Shown one piece after another: positions 36,314 to 46,874 of a stretch of DNA of 64,000 nt (the first letter of the stretch is position 1; every line of letters begins with the position of its first letter). The position numbers and the translations under genes are program-made. The notes below the pieces were generated by a model. It saw nothing but the letters and a program-made list of their open reading frames with translations, was not told where the DNA came from and did no database searches. The stretch covers positions 4,589 to 68,588 of the IMG/VR virus record IMGVR_UViG_3300011261_000157; one strand, written 5' to 3'. The DNA is from a virus.

Positions 36314-39300
36314 ATGGCTAACATAGATCCTAATAAACTAGTTAGAAACTTCGAGGTGGTAACCCACACTCCAAGTGAATTACGCCTATATTGGGATTCA
36401 CCTCGCTCTGAGTCTGACTTGGAGGAAGTGGTAGTAGTTCGTCGTAAAGATGCTTTCCCTGTCGAGATACGTAACCGTAATTTCGAGGACCGCTACACGG
36501 ATGTAGCTCAGGTGGAAGTATTCAGAGGCAGCCCTATCTACTGTAGTCACCTAATACCTAACGGTAGCGGTGTCCTAGCTATAGCAGGTGACAATGCCTT
36601 CACGCCGGCCATGTCTGAATTCTCCCGTGATAATAATTACAAGGGGAGATTGATAAGGGACTCGTTAAGTCAAGTGTTCAGAATTACAGGTAATACTGAA
36701 GATGAACTCTACTACGAGTCTATATCAACTAACCCAGATAACCAAGTAATCCCAACAGAGGGAGCTTTCGTTATCTTGGCAGACTTCGCTAAAGAGCGCA
36801 GATCACTACAGACACTTAGCTTACTACCGGACTCAGCTACTATCACTATTTTAGCTAACTCCTTCACAGGCGGGGATTCAATAACCTTGAATAACTCAGT
36901 CACACTTAACTACGCAAGTGAGTGGTCGGCCGGTGCTACAGTAGAAGACACAGCTCAGAACTTACTCTTAGCTTGTCAGAATTCAGGCGTTAAGTACAAA
37001 GTAACCCGATACGGAGCTACCTTGCTCCTCCAAAAGTCCGAAGAGAATAGCCTATCCGTAACCTCTACAGCGGCTAACGCCGAGGTGATTGATTATGGGG
37101 CAGCCCGCGGTAAAGTATTCATTAACAATACCGTAGGTAATATCAAGGACAATGAATTAAATAAGCTAGTTATACAGGAAGGTAACCTAACCTTCAATCA
37201 CATCAAGTCCAACTCAGGCTTGTTAGTGGAGTTATATACTTCAGTGATCGTAGCAGCTAGCGACGTACATGTGTTAGATTCACATGCTAATACCTTCCCA
37301 AGTGGGTTCATCGATACTTACGGGTCTCAGATTGAATCTATTAGGAAAGACGGTAAAGGCCTAGAGTCCGACGTGTACTATTATTACACAGCATTTACAA
37401 CGCCTATTACTAGCATTTCAGTTACTTACAACGAGGAAGACCCTTACGGAGAGAATCCATTACCGTATACGGTAGATAAGGTCGCTTCTTACTACATGCG
37501 CGTGTTCTACGAAGATATCAAATACGCTAACATGGACGTAGGTGAGTATACTTACGATTCTGGGACAGGAGCTATCACCTTCACTGATGGTAGAGACCTT
37601 AGCGGAGAAGATATCCTAGTAGGCTATTTATTCGCAGATAACCTAGGACAGCGCTACTCAATCGTAGACGTGTCTAATTTAGCTTCTGGCAGCTTTAACT
37701 TAGCAACAGGGCTAACGGTAGGGACAGACCCTCAGACGCCTCTACACGGCGCTATAACGGTCGCTAACACGCCTGTAGGTTACGGAAGTATCCTAGTTGG
37801 AGATACCTTCAAAGATATCGCCGGTAACAGCTTCCAGATTTACGGGACTAATACAGACCCTCTAGGTGGTTTGCCGACTCCTCCAAGTCACAGCTTTGAC
37901 GTAGGTCAGGGGTTGATTGATACTAACTTAGTAGTCAATCCATTTCTAGTACCCTACAGTTATGACCCAACGGACGGAGCCATTCAGTACGGTGAATTAC
38001 CGATCACTCAGAACACTCAGCTAAGCCCTTATACCTACACTTCGGGCACAGGTATTATATCCTACACTACTAACATAGAGCTGGGAGATGTTGAAGTTGG
38101 CCACACTTTCGTTGATGGTGTTGGTAATTACTTTGAGATCTTAACTGTAGATGCAGTTAACTTGAAGTTAGGACTAGCAGCAGGACTGACAATCGACACT
38201 ACAGTAGCTAATCGTAGATCAGGCTCGGTGATCTCAGAAGTAGGATTTACGGATGAGGAAGGTAACCTATTGGTTGACCTAGCTGAAGTTAAGCCTCTGG
38301 ATCTATTCAAGACTAACTCTAAAGCTGACTATGTAGTCCTCGGAGCAGATGCTTCAGAAGCTAGGCTTTTCATTGAACCTAACCTAGACTCCTTAGCTAC
38401 GATAGTAGAGACTGAGTTTGACGGTTCCGTGTATCGTCGAGGTAACGAAGTGACTTGGATTGGGTTTGAAGGTGAGAACGCAGCGATCTTAAACTCATCT
38501 AACTTAGGTGCCGTACGTAGGTACAGCTCAGTTAACGACGTTCAGTTTGCTTACGCAAGTAACCCTCTAAGTACTCAGGCTTTCGCAATTAGCGCGGCTG
38601 AGAATGATATAGTTAGACTACTTTATAAATGGTGGCCTAGTGTTTTCAGAGACTTAGACGAGACAGGTGACTTAGAAGATTTGATGGGCGTATTCGGCTA
38701 CAAGTTCAATGAGATATATTCACTCATATCAACTTACGAGCTACAGAATGCAGACTTAATCGTACCTAAGTATCTAGATCAAGGGTATCGTAACCGAGGT
38801 ATGTCAGTAGTATCTGAGTCCTTAGGTATTGATACTAGACGTAGAGTCATGAAAGATATCGTATCATGTTGGAAGTTAAAAGGCAGCCGAGAAGGTTTAG
38901 CTAAGTACATCAAGGTACTAACTACTTGGGACGTGACTAACGGGACGGGCGACTTAATCAGAGCTATCCAAGACAGTAGTCAAGATCTAGTAGGTTTAAG
39001 ACATTACTCAGCCTTCCTAGGTAATCTAAATACTGAGTTCGTAGATACAACTAACGTGAAGAGCCCTCCAGCAGGTCGCTTCGTAAAGGGTCTGCCTGGC
39101 TTTAACTTGGCAGGTTTCTTTGATGTAGTTGAGATTCAGATTGAACTACCTAACGTAGCCTTACATACTGGTAACTCGACTAACGTAAGTTATGTAGGCA
39201 GTACCAGCATACTTCAACATAGTGGCACGGACTTCGGCGGGATGAATAATCTCAAAGGATGTTTCGTAATCCCAATTGAAGGTAGCCCTAATGATTACTA

Positions 39301-39490
39301 CGAGATCCTAGCTAATGATTCAGACACACTTACTGTTCAAGGGTCGATACCATTTTCAGCACTTGGCAATAAGTACGTAGTCCTAAGTCCCCTTAACTTA
39401 AATAGATTTGTAGCCCTTCAGAGGACTATAGTCGAACAGTTATCATACAGATCAGTACCAGTTTTCAACTTTACCATCAAGACAATTTAA
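36314..39490 (+). CDS. baseplate wedge/tail protein I (gp7-like), large
   Basis: FN3-like N-terminus (YYYTAF); LYKWWP.VFR..D and WKLKGSREGL motifs. Confidence 0.7.
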   Translation: MANIDPNKLVRNFEVVTHTPSELRLYWDSPRSESDLEEVVVVRRKDAFPVEIRNRNFEDRYTDVAQVEVFRGSPIYCSHLIPNGSGVLAIAGDNAFTPAMSEFSRDNNYKGRLIRDSLSQVFRITGNTEDELYYESISTNPDNQVIPTEGAFVILADFAKERRSLQTLSLLPDSATITILANSFTGGDSITLNNSVTLNYASEWSAGATVEDTAQNLLLACQNSGVKYKVTRYGATLLLQKSEENSLSVTSTAANAEVIDYGAARGKVFINNTVGNIKDNELNKLVIQEGNLTFNHIKSNSGLLVELYTSVIVAASDVHVLDSHANTFPSGFIDTYGSQIESIRKDGKGLESDVYYYYTAFTTPITSISVTYNEEDPYGENPLPYTVDKVASYYMRVFYEDIKYANMDVGEYTYDSGTGAITFTDGRDLSGEDILVGYLFADNLGQRYSIVDVSNLASGSFNLATGLTVGTDPQTPLHGAITVANTPVGYGSILVGDTFKDIAGNSFQIYGTNTDPLGGLPTPPSHSFDVGQGLIDTNLVVNPFLVPYSYDPTDGAIQYGELPITQNTQLSPYTYTSGTGIISYTTNIELGDVEVGHTFVDGVGNYFEILTVDAVNLKLGLAAGLTIDTTVANRRSGSVISEVGFTDEEGNLLVDLAEVKPLDLFKTNSKADYVVLGADASEARLFIEPNLDSLATIVETEFDGSVYRRGNEVTWIGFEGENAAILNSSNLGAVRRYSSVNDVQFAYASNPLSTQAFAISAAENDIVRLLYKWWPSVFRDLDETGDLEDLMGVFGYKFNEIYSLISTYELQNADLIVPKYLDQGYRNRGMSVVSESLGIDTRRRVMKDIVSCWKLKGSREGLAKYIKVLTTWDVTNGTGDLIRAIQDSSQDLVGLRHYSAFLGNLNTEFVDTTNVKSPPAGRFVKGLPGFNLAGFFDVVEIQIELPNVALHTGNSTNVSYVGSTSILQHSGTDFGGMNNLKGCFVIPIEGSPNDYYEILANDSDTLTVQGSIPFSALGNKYVVLSPLNLNRFVALQRTIVEQLSYRSVPVFNFTIKTI

Positions 39491-39500
39491 GGAGTCGTGA

Positions 39501-42074
39501 GTGAGTACAACTAATAACTACTTCAGACCTAAGCGCCACTATAGGTCAGTGTTTAGGGAAGGCAAGTACCTACTTAACACCGAGGCGACAGAGATTCAGT
39601 TAGAAATGATGGATAGGTTGAAAGAACAAATCAACTTAATCTACGGCCCTAACTTCTCTATCCAAGACGGTATGTTGGTAGAAGCGGACACTGTAGTGGG
39701 GCGTGTAATTATCAGGCCTGGCTACAGTTACATCGACGGGTACCCAGTAGACTTCAACTCAGCTAACGATCCTTTGATCGGGTTGGGAGTCTCACCTACT
39801 GAGTTCACTTCGGCTGATTTCATTAAGGTCAACAAGACACCTAGTGAAGCTGGCGGGATCGCCCTTCAATTAGGCGGCGGTACTCCGATTGACGCTGGTA
39901 CTTATATGATCGTCCTTGAACTTAAAGAGGAATTGATCACAGCGGCGCAAGATCCTTACTTACGCTCAGCTAACCTATCAGAGTCAACAGCGGATAGACA
40001 TAGACTTATCGTTGATGTCCACTTAATTCCTAAGTTTATTGATAACGTAGAGGTTAATGGACCTAACATCGACGCTAGTCCAATCCCTTACCGTGGATCA
40101 GCAGCTTATAACTTCACTGACTATGTGAGCATTACTCAATCAGGTAGTACTTATTCATTAGTTTCGACTACAGCTATCACAGGCGCTGAAGCTATTGATG
40201 GTCGTAACGTAGAGTTACAGTTCAACAACGGTAACGGAACCTCCACGGCGGCGTTCCCAACCTCTAACGCAGATATCAGAGAATTCATCCATGGGACTCT
40301 AATCGACTCCAATGGCACTGAGTTCCACATTTCAAACATGTTCGTAACGCCTGGCAATGCTACGCGTATCACGATGCAGCTCGACTTGGAAAAGGCTAGG
40401 CCAGTAGACCTAACTACATTCCAATCAACTCCAGTAATTGTATCAGGTCGCCCTTATCGTTTGGTTAAGCGTAGTCTATACGTTACAAGTTCAAGTCAGC
40501 TTCCTGAAGGTAAGAGATTCTATCCTATCGCTGAAGTTGAATGGAACGGAGCTACGGTAAGCTCTAGTGACATCATGGACTTGAGACCTAAAGCTCTAGC
40601 TCGTGATGGTGTACTTGATCTTATTCGCAACCAAGGTCTAACCCTTACTTCTGAAGGTGCTCTTTACTGGAATCAGGCGAGCGGCGGTGAATTAGTATGG
40701 GCGGATGATCTATATATCCAATCAGCCTTTGAAGGATTCGACTGGACTATTGCTGCTGGCGATTCTATTTCACTATTTAGTGGACTAGCTGTTAATGAGG
40801 TACTTTATGTAAACCTCAATGATGAGCCTGTGGGAGGATCACTCACACTTAAGAAAGGTGTGCGAGGAGTGGGGGATTTAACTCAAGACTCACTTAGAGC
40901 TTCAGATGTATTCTGGGTAGCTAAGCGTCTTAGTGATAACCGCATCTACTTCAACGGCGGCCTTACACTCAATGACAAACAGTCTAAGTTCTTCTACGAT
41001 GTACCAGATTACGAGCTTCTGCCTCAGGACATCCTAACTCTAGGTTACTCAGCTCTATTTGATGATAAACTAGAAGACTCCACGGCCTTTGATGATTCAG
41101 CTAGTTCGGGGGAATTCTTCGCTAGCTCATATATGCTTGAGTACAGCAACCGAGTGATTACTGTAGTTGGTAACGATGTTACTTTAGCTTCAGCCACTAG
41201 CTTTACCTTGAGCGTAGGTGATGTAATCGTCCAAGGACCTGTAATGGCTACTATCACAGTAGTTACAAGTCCAACCCTAGTGACCGTAGATGATGGATCA
41301 GGACTTACTGACTCCGTTAATGCAACGATCAGTCAAGTAGCTCAGACCTTGAACATCCGTACTTTGGATGACGGGGGCGGTTCAGCCGAGCAGATTAATT
41401 CTTACTTGAATACTCCAGTGAATAAAGTGCTAGTTCGTTACGATGATAATATCATTCAATCAATTGGAAACTCACCTAGATTAGCTTACTCAGTAACCGC
41501 TAATGCAGGTACTGATTGGACAGATGCTCAGGCACGTCCAGATGCACTTTCCGACACAGTAACTGAAGTAGTACCTACTACGGCAGGTTCAGATGTTAGA
41601 TTGAGATTCTTCTCTAATGTGACTTCGGGAGATGGAACCTCGATCCTTGAGTCATTCAGAGCTTTCCTCCACAATCGATCCTTCGTAGGTACTTTGATTA
41701 GTACAGGCGGAGCAGGCGGGGCAGCCGGAGCACGGGCTTTAGAGTTCAGAGTCTACGGTGACATCGAAAACCCAGATCTTGAGCCTACAGGAGCCCCTAC
41801 TTACAATGTAGCTGAGTTAGAAATGACTTCGGGCATCCTTGTGATTGAGAACGGTCAGATCGGAGAATTCAACGTACATATCGTAAGTTACGACACTGAC
41901 GGTACTAACCCTGTGACTCACATCATGGAGAACGTAGTACTAGCTTCAGCAGGTAGTTCGGTTATCAGCATGAGCTTCTCTAACACGACTATTCCAGCCG
42001 GCAAAGTAGTTAAGCTACTCACTCAGTACGTATCTGGCACTAAAACATCTAACATAGCCGTAGTGCTAAGCTAA
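39501..42074 (+). CDS. baseplate/tail-fibre attachment protein
   Basis: FRPKRHYRSVFREG...TE.TEIQ, IRPGYSYIDGY, TADR. Confidence 0.6.
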   Translation: MSTTNNYFRPKRHYRSVFREGKYLLNTEATEIQLEMMDRLKEQINLIYGPNFSIQDGMLVEADTVVGRVIIRPGYSYIDGYPVDFNSANDPLIGLGVSPTEFTSADFIKVNKTPSEAGGIALQLGGGTPIDAGTYMIVLELKEELITAAQDPYLRSANLSESTADRHRLIVDVHLIPKFIDNVEVNGPNIDASPIPYRGSAAYNFTDYVSITQSGSTYSLVSTTAITGAEAIDGRNVELQFNNGNGTSTAAFPTSNADIREFIHGTLIDSNGTEFHISNMFVTPGNATRITMQLDLEKARPVDLTTFQSTPVIVSGRPYRLVKRSLYVTSSSQLPEGKRFYPIAEVEWNGATVSSSDIMDLRPKALARDGVLDLIRNQGLTLTSEGALYWNQASGGELVWADDLYIQSAFEGFDWTIAAGDSISLFSGLAVNEVLYVNLNDEPVGGSLTLKKGVRGVGDLTQDSLRASDVFWVAKRLSDNRIYFNGGLTLNDKQSKFFYDVPDYELLPQDILTLGYSALFDDKLEDSTAFDDSASSGEFFASSYMLEYSNRVITVVGNDVTLASATSFTLSVGDVIVQGPVMATITVVTSPTLVTVDDGSGLTDSVNATISQVAQTLNIRTLDDGGGSAEQINSYLNTPVNKVLVRYDDNIIQSIGNSPRLAYSVTANAGTDWTDAQARPDALSDTVTEVVPTTAGSDVRLRFFSNVTSGDGTSILESFRAFLHNRSFVGTLISTGGAGGAAGARALEFRVYGDIENPDLEPTGAPTYNVAELEMTSGILVIENGQIGEFNVHIVSYDTDGTNPVTHIMENVVLASAGSSVISMSFSNTTIPAGKVVKLLTQYVSGTKTSNIAVVLS

Positions 42075-42084
42075 GGAGACCTAA

Positions 42085-42750
42085 ATGGCTTTAACTAAGC
42101 AAATTAGCCGTAGATCACTCATTCTGAGTCCAACTACGGCAGAAGTATCCACAGCTCAGACTATCGCTCCGTACTATGACTTCCGTATTGATGGTTTACT
42201 TGAAATACCTCTAGCTGAGACATTCGATGTGTCTCGCTACGTAGACGCTGAGCAGACTCTAGTAGGAGCTAAGCTAAGCGTACTGACAGGAGGAACTAGT
42301 CAGTATCGCGTTATCGTAAACAGCTACGATGCAGCAGGGGCGTTTCAAACTGAGCATATCAACACTCTAGTCTCACCTACTACTGATAATGTAGTCTACA
42401 CCCTACCTTTCATTGAAGCTACTGTTCCAGCTAACAGCACGTTAGTTCTAAGTGTGGCTGAGGAAGTGATTGGATCAGCGGTAGAGGACTTGAGTCTTAC
42501 GTTAGTGGCTGGTACTTTTGCAGATCTAGATCAGATTAGTGCAACTAGCCTAGCTGGGATTCACCCAATAGGCGGGACACTTAGGGCTGACCTATCAGTA
42601 GCTCAGTTTCAGTCTCAGATGGGAACCAACTGGATTGAGGCTAACGGTCAATCTTCAGTAGGTACACAGTACGAAGCTATAACGCTTAACACAGTAGTGC
42701 CGACGATAGTAGATCCTGACGGATTAACTGTAATGATTAGAGTTAACTAA
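42085..42750 (+). CDS. tail fibre-associated protein
   Basis: PIG...WIEANG collar-like motif, C-terminal MIRVN. Confidence 0.55.
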   Translation: MALTKQISRRSLILSPTTAEVSTAQTIAPYYDFRIDGLLEIPLAETFDVSRYVDAEQTLVGAKLSVLTGGTSQYRVIVNSYDAAGAFQTEHINTLVSPTTDNVVYTLPFIEATVPANSTLVLSVAEEVIGSAVEDLSLTLVAGTFADLDQISATSLAGIHPIGGTLRADLSVAQFQSQMGTNWIEANGQSSVGTQYEAITLNTVVPTIVDPDGLTVMIRVN

Positions 42751-42814
42751 TATCAGAATAAACAAGCCGGATAACCGGACGGGTATAAAGACCCAAGATC
42801 AAAAGGACAGGTAA

Positions 42815-44887
42815 ATGGCCACAATTGTAACAGATCTCATCTCCCACCTTCAGTGTGGCGAGACCATCGCAGCCAACGACGCAGTTTACATCGACGACAT
42901 CACGGGTAAAGTAGGCCTATACAATCCTACTATCCCAACTCAAGTGTTCGCAGGTATTGCTAAAGAAGCAGGCGTACTTGATGACTTCATTCGAGTAGTA
43001 CAAACAGGTAGAGTTAAAGGCTTCTCAGGCTTGACGCCTGGCCAGTTCGTATATGCCTCTACAACCGTGCCTGGCGCTTTCCAGCTAACTGAGCCTATCG
43101 CTTCTCAGAAAGTGATCCTAGGTATCGCTAAGAGCGCTACAGAGCTTGTAATCAACGGCGGCTTAGGTATTAAGCCTGGCGGAGCAGGCGGCGGTGGCGG
43201 TGGGCTTGATGTCTATCATACGCAGGATATGGAAGGTTTAGCCGACGCTTCAGGATTCACTACTGGTAATGACGTAGTATTTCTTAACGCAGGCAGCATG
43301 GCCGGTACCCTAGCTTTAGATGAAGTCTCTCCTATCTCAGGTGCTAAATCACTTAAGTACACTCAAGCAGCCGGATCACTTAATGACTACTTCGCAAGTG
43401 AAGTGATTGATGTTGAGCTGAAGCAGCAGAACAACGATTCAGGCATGACCCTATACTTCGAGTACGACGGGGCTGATGATGATATCAAACTGGTAGTATG
43501 GGATGAGACCAACTCAGAGGAACTTACTACAGGCGTTGAACTCATCAAGACTACAGGTAAAGCTACACGTTACGCATTGTCTTTTTACGTGCCTGTTACA
43601 TGTACTCAGATCAGGTGGGGCGCTCAAGTACTCGTAGAGAATATCGGAGCTGTACTTAAGATTGATGATGTTGAGATTACAAGTAATCCGTTCGTTGAAG
43701 CTGATTTATCGGAGGAGAATCACTTCAGCGCTCGCATAGGATCAGGCGGGGCCATCATTAGTCAGGATGTGCCGTGGATTCAAAGTGTAGGTAACCCTTC
43801 AGGAGGGACTTATACAGTAGTATTCACGCCGGGCTTCTTCACTGTGCCTCCGGCACTTACTACCGGAGGAGGAGATGTCAATGACGGCTCTGCTAGAATT
43901 GGTGAAGGTACCGTTACAACTTCAGGAGTCACTATCTATACAGGTATCTCTGATAACAGTGGACCTACGGCTCGTAACATACCTTTCGCCCTTCACGCAT
44001 CTCGCCAAGGCTCTGACTACTCAGTAGGCTCACCTCACGTGTTAACGCCGGCTAGGTCGAGTAGCACTGTCACTAAGGTATTGAACGCAGATGAGACTAC
44101 CAGTGGAATCACCCTCAGTGACCTAACTTTCTCAGACTTAGTAATTGGTAATAAGTATGAGATCGCTCTAACCGCTCAGTTGGGAGGGATCAGCGGGTCT
44201 GTAAACGAGATTGGGATACGACACAACGGTGTTGAGATTGGAAAAGCTCAGTCTTACGGGGGAGGGTCTTCCGTGCAGTTTGTAAGTACTGTATCTGTTA
44301 AGTTTACAGCTACAGCAACTTCCTTAACTTTCTTGACAGGCTTTACAGGATCGGGTTTCGTTCAAGGTAATGGAACTCAGTCAGAGACCTTTGCCCAATT
44401 GACTAACCTAACCTCTCAATTCCTAGCCGCTATACCTACTCCTAAAGTAGCTTACTTAAAAGATGTTAAGACCAGCGGTACTAACGGAGGCGACTTTAAC
44501 TCAGGCTCCTACGTCACTCGCGTTCTGAACACAGTAGAAGGTGATAGTGGATTTGTGAGCTTGAGTGGTAATCAGTTCACACTTCAGCCTGGCAAGTATC
44601 AGATTGAAGCCCATGCGCCAGGCCACCTGTGCGGAGCCCATAAGGCTAAGGTCTACAACGTGACTAACTCGGTTGACGCCATTATCGGTGCTTACGCTTC
44701 TTCTGAGACAGGCTCAGGAACAGGCACTCGAAGCGTGGTTGATGGTACCCTTACTTTAACTTCTCCTAAGGTGTTTGAATTACGTCATAGATGTACGAAT
44801 ACTAAAGCCTCTAACGGCTTAGGGTTCCCCTGCGCTTTCGGAGACTCAGAAATCTACGCTGTAGTGAAGATCACCAAGCTAGCTTAA
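42815..44887 (+). CDS. tail fibre / receptor-binding protein
   Basis: GLTPG..VY..T..G, Gly linker, beta-rich C-terminus (FTLQPGKY, YAVVKITKL). Confidence 0.65.
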   Translation: MATIVTDLISHLQCGETIAANDAVYIDDITGKVGLYNPTIPTQVFAGIAKEAGVLDDFIRVVQTGRVKGFSGLTPGQFVYASTTVPGAFQLTEPIASQKVILGIAKSATELVINGGLGIKPGGAGGGGGGLDVYHTQDMEGLADASGFTTGNDVVFLNAGSMAGTLALDEVSPISGAKSLKYTQAAGSLNDYFASEVIDVELKQQNNDSGMTLYFEYDGADDDIKLVVWDETNSEELTTGVELIKTTGKATRYALSFYVPVTCTQIRWGAQVLVENIGAVLKIDDVEITSNPFVEADLSEENHFSARIGSGGAIISQDVPWIQSVGNPSGGTYTVVFTPGFFTVPPALTTGGGDVNDGSARIGEGTVTTSGVTIYTGISDNSGPTARNIPFALHASRQGSDYSVGSPHVLTPARSSSTVTKVLNADETTSGITLSDLTFSDLVIGNKYEIALTAQLGGISGSVNEIGIRHNGVEIGKAQSYGGGSSVQFVSTVSVKFTATATSLTFLTGFTGSGFVQGNGTQSETFAQLTNLTSQFLAAIPTPKVAYLKDVKTSGTNGGDFNSGSYVTRVLNTVEGDSGFVSLSGNQFTLQPGKYQIEAHAPGHLCGAHKAKVYNVTNSVDAIIGAYASSETGSGTGTRSVVDGTLTLTSPKVFELRHRCTNTKASNGLGFPCAFGDSEIYAVVKITKLA

Positions 44888-44891
44888 CCTC

Positions 44892-44920
44892 TTGACAGAC
44901 CTATCAAACTTTGATATACT
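44892..44920 (+). promoter_or_regulatory. sigma70-type promoter upstream of xVF array/lysis genes
   Basis: TTGACA-17nt-TATACT, followed by a hairpin at 44921-44948. Confidence 0.6.
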
Positions 44921-44969
44921 TAACCCTCGGACTTCGGTTCGGGGGTTATTTTGCGTTTAAGGAGACTGA

Positions 44970-45098
44970 ATGAGGCTTAGTGGATTATCGATTGCAATAG
45001 GTGACGTTAGGATTGGAGTTTTTGATAAGTACCCTTTAACATGTTTCTCTCACCTCAAGTTTAACCGAAAGCTCCGCCATGCATTGCAGGTGTTTTAA
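44970..45098 (+). CDS. xVF-terminal microprotein (MRLSGLSI...HALQVF)
   Basis: Hand-translated, 42 aa, AAGGAG RBS. Confidence 0.7.
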   Translation: MRLSGLSIAIGDVRIGVFDKYPLTCFSHLKFNRKLRHALQVF

Positions 45099-45251
45099 AT
45101 GGGCCATATAATATACACAGTTGATATGATTTCGGACAGTGTGCAGTATTGGGAGTGGAGTGAATACCCTGAACGGATTCTGTTGTTCCACTTTCAAACA
45201 CGGACTACATTTGCTAGTGAGTATGGAGATTACCTAATAGGAGTGTTTTGA
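45099..45251 (+). CDS. xVF-terminal microprotein (MGHIIYTV...YLIGVF)
   Basis: Hand-translated, 50 aa. Confidence 0.7.
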   Translation: MGHIIYTVDMISDSVQYWEWSEYPERILLFHFQTRTTFASEYGDYLIGVF

Positions 45252-45252
45252 T

Positions 45253-45426
45253 ATGGGAGCCTTTGAATACGGGATCATGGTCGATGATGATCGATCTCAC
45301 GAGATTCAATACTACAGGTCCGACCATATAATAGTGTGGAATTTAGTAATTATTAACAAGAGTTATGGAGTATCTACCATCCGTACTTATACTGCTGATC
45401 ATAAATACTACCTAGGGGTTTTCTAA
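45253..45426 (+). CDS. xVF-terminal microprotein (MGAFEYGI...YYLGVF)
   Basis: Hand-translated, 57 aa. Confidence 0.7.
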   Translation: MGAFEYGIMVDDDRSHEIQYYRSDHIIVWNLVIINKSYGVSTIRTYTADHKYYLGVF

Positions 45427-45869
45427 TGTCCTACTTCACTCGCAGTGAGATCCTCATGGGTAGGGATGTTCAATATCCAATCTCACCTACTCAATCTCGT
45501 AACTTAGACCTACTCATAGAAGCCTTAAACCCCATACGAGAAGCATGGGGGCGAGCCATGATCCTAAGTTCTGGGTATAGGCCCTCACAGATCAATCAAT
45601 CCGCAGGCGGCGCTAAGATGTCCGCTCATATGTCCTGCCAAGCTGTTGATATCGTTGATAAAGACGGATCATTTGCTGAATGGTGTTTAAATAACCTTGA
45701 CATATTAGAAGAATGCGGTGTATACTTAGAGGACCCTCGGTATACTTATATCGTAGATGAAGAAGGTGATCGAGTAGGTGGGTGGGTTCACTTGGATATC
45801 AGAGGTCCTAAATCAGGTAATCGAGTATTCATACCGTACTCTGGACCTATTAAATTGAAGGTAGTATGA
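45426..45869 (+). CDS. endolysin, peptidase M15A family
   Basis: SSGYR..N..GG...SAH....AVD and WVHL motifs. Confidence 0.85.
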   Translation: MSYFTRSEILMGRDVQYPISPTQSRNLDLLIEALNPIREAWGRAMILSSGYRPSQINQSAGGAKMSAHMSCQAVDIVDKDGSFAEWCLNNLDILEECGVYLEDPRYTYIVDEEGDRVGGWVHLDIRGPKSGNRVFIPYSGPIKLKVV

Positions 45870-46048
45870 TAATTAAATACATGATAATTAAATATAGAGT
45901 GGACCTAGAGGACATCAATGATGTACTATCTTACAGTGAAGACGACGAGGCACTGTGCGACTACCTAGATAGTTACGTCTACAACCTTAATACTTACACC
46001 TACATGGAGGCTCCTCATTTTGAATTCGTATCCTTGGTGGTGTTTTGA
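45866..46048 (+). CDS. xVF-terminal microprotein (...VSLVVF)
   Basis: ORF track. Confidence 0.7.
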   Translation: MIIKYMIIKYRVDLEDINDVLSYSEDDEALCDYLDSYVYNLNTYTYMEAPHFEFVSLVVF

Positions 46049-46227
46049 TGGAGGGTTCTATGACATTGAAATATATGGTGTATCTAACCAATTATAAGGA
46101 ACACATAAGCTACTACGAGGATGATGACACCTTAGGCGCTAGTTACGACCACTATGCACATTCTGATGGTTTTGATGATTACTTAGAGACAATAATCTCT
46201 AATATGTGGTGTATAGTAGTATTTTAA
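46045..46227 (+). CDS. xVF-terminal microprotein (...WCIVVF)
   Basis: ORF track; paralog of previous ORF. Confidence 0.7.
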   Translation: MMEGSMTLKYMVYLTNYKEHISYYEDDDTLGASYDHYAHSDGFDDYLETIISNMWCIVVF

Positions 46228-46240
46228 ATAGAAGGTAATT

Positions 46241-46543
46241 ATGATAAAGAAACTAAAAGAACTGCTTGAGTATCTAAATGAGAAAGGCTGGCCCACTCCA
46301 ATGTTGCGTGACCACGGTAAAGCCTCGGTATCGCTCACGCTACTTGTACTATCATCACTATTTCTAATGGCTGGCTTACTTCGTGAATTACACCCTCTAC
46401 TTGGAGGTGTGAACTTTTGGGAAGCCCTAGCTTGGCATATTACATCAGCAGTGCTATATTATAACCGAGGGGCTAAGATTAGCAAGTCGGGATTCGAAAT
46501 AACATCTGATACATCAGTATCTAAACCGGAGATAAAAGAATGA
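46241..46543 (+). CDS. membrane protein, putative holin
   Basis: Two hydrophobic segments; near endolysin. Confidence 0.5.
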   Translation: MIKKLKELLEYLNEKGWPTPMLRDHGKASVSLTLLVLSSLFLMAGLLRELHPLLGGVNFWEALAWHITSAVLYYNRGAKISKSGFEITSDTSVSKPEIKE

Positions 46544-46677
46544 CTTATTACACTACTAAAGTAACTAAATTAGAAAACTTAGCGGCTGAGCTTCAAAGAC
46601 TCAGCGATGCATCTCACACCATCGTACAGACTATTGTGATTGATGGCTCTATCGTAATCATCTCAACTACAGTTTAA
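46540..46677 (+). CDS. small hypothetical protein
   Basis: Hand-translated MTYYTTKVTK..., GGAG RBS. Confidence 0.45.
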   Translation: MTYYTTKVTKLENLAAELQRLSDASHTIVQTIVIDGSIVIISTTV

Positions 46678-46874
46678 TGGAAGCAGAGTTAACGGTAGGT
46701 AAAAGCGTTAGCATAGGTCCTTTAAGATTACCCTTGCTATACGTTGATATTAAAGTTAGTTTATCTAACTGTTACTTAAATTCCTACGCAGGACTATTCG
46801 TAGCGTCTCACTTCAAGTCACACACTACGTACTTAGATCTGACAGATAACGATGTACTATTAGCTGTATTTTAA
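46677..46874 (+). CDS. xVF-terminal microprotein (...VLLAVF)
   Basis: ORF track. Confidence 0.7.
   Translation: MEAELTVGKSVSIGPLRLPLLYVDIKVSLSNCYLNSYAGLFVASHFKSHTTYLDLTDNDVLLAVF

Noticed and set aside
5524-41257. Minus-strand ORF-track entries within structural genes (e.g. 5524, 8936, 21431, 23493, 32184, 40151)
   Set aside because: Antisense shadows of long, well-supported plus-strand genes; Ser/Leu-rich with no recognisable motifs
15358-42074. Stand-alone eCIS/tailocin locus
   Set aside because: Terminase, portal, scaffold, capsid and RNR genes show a complete phage
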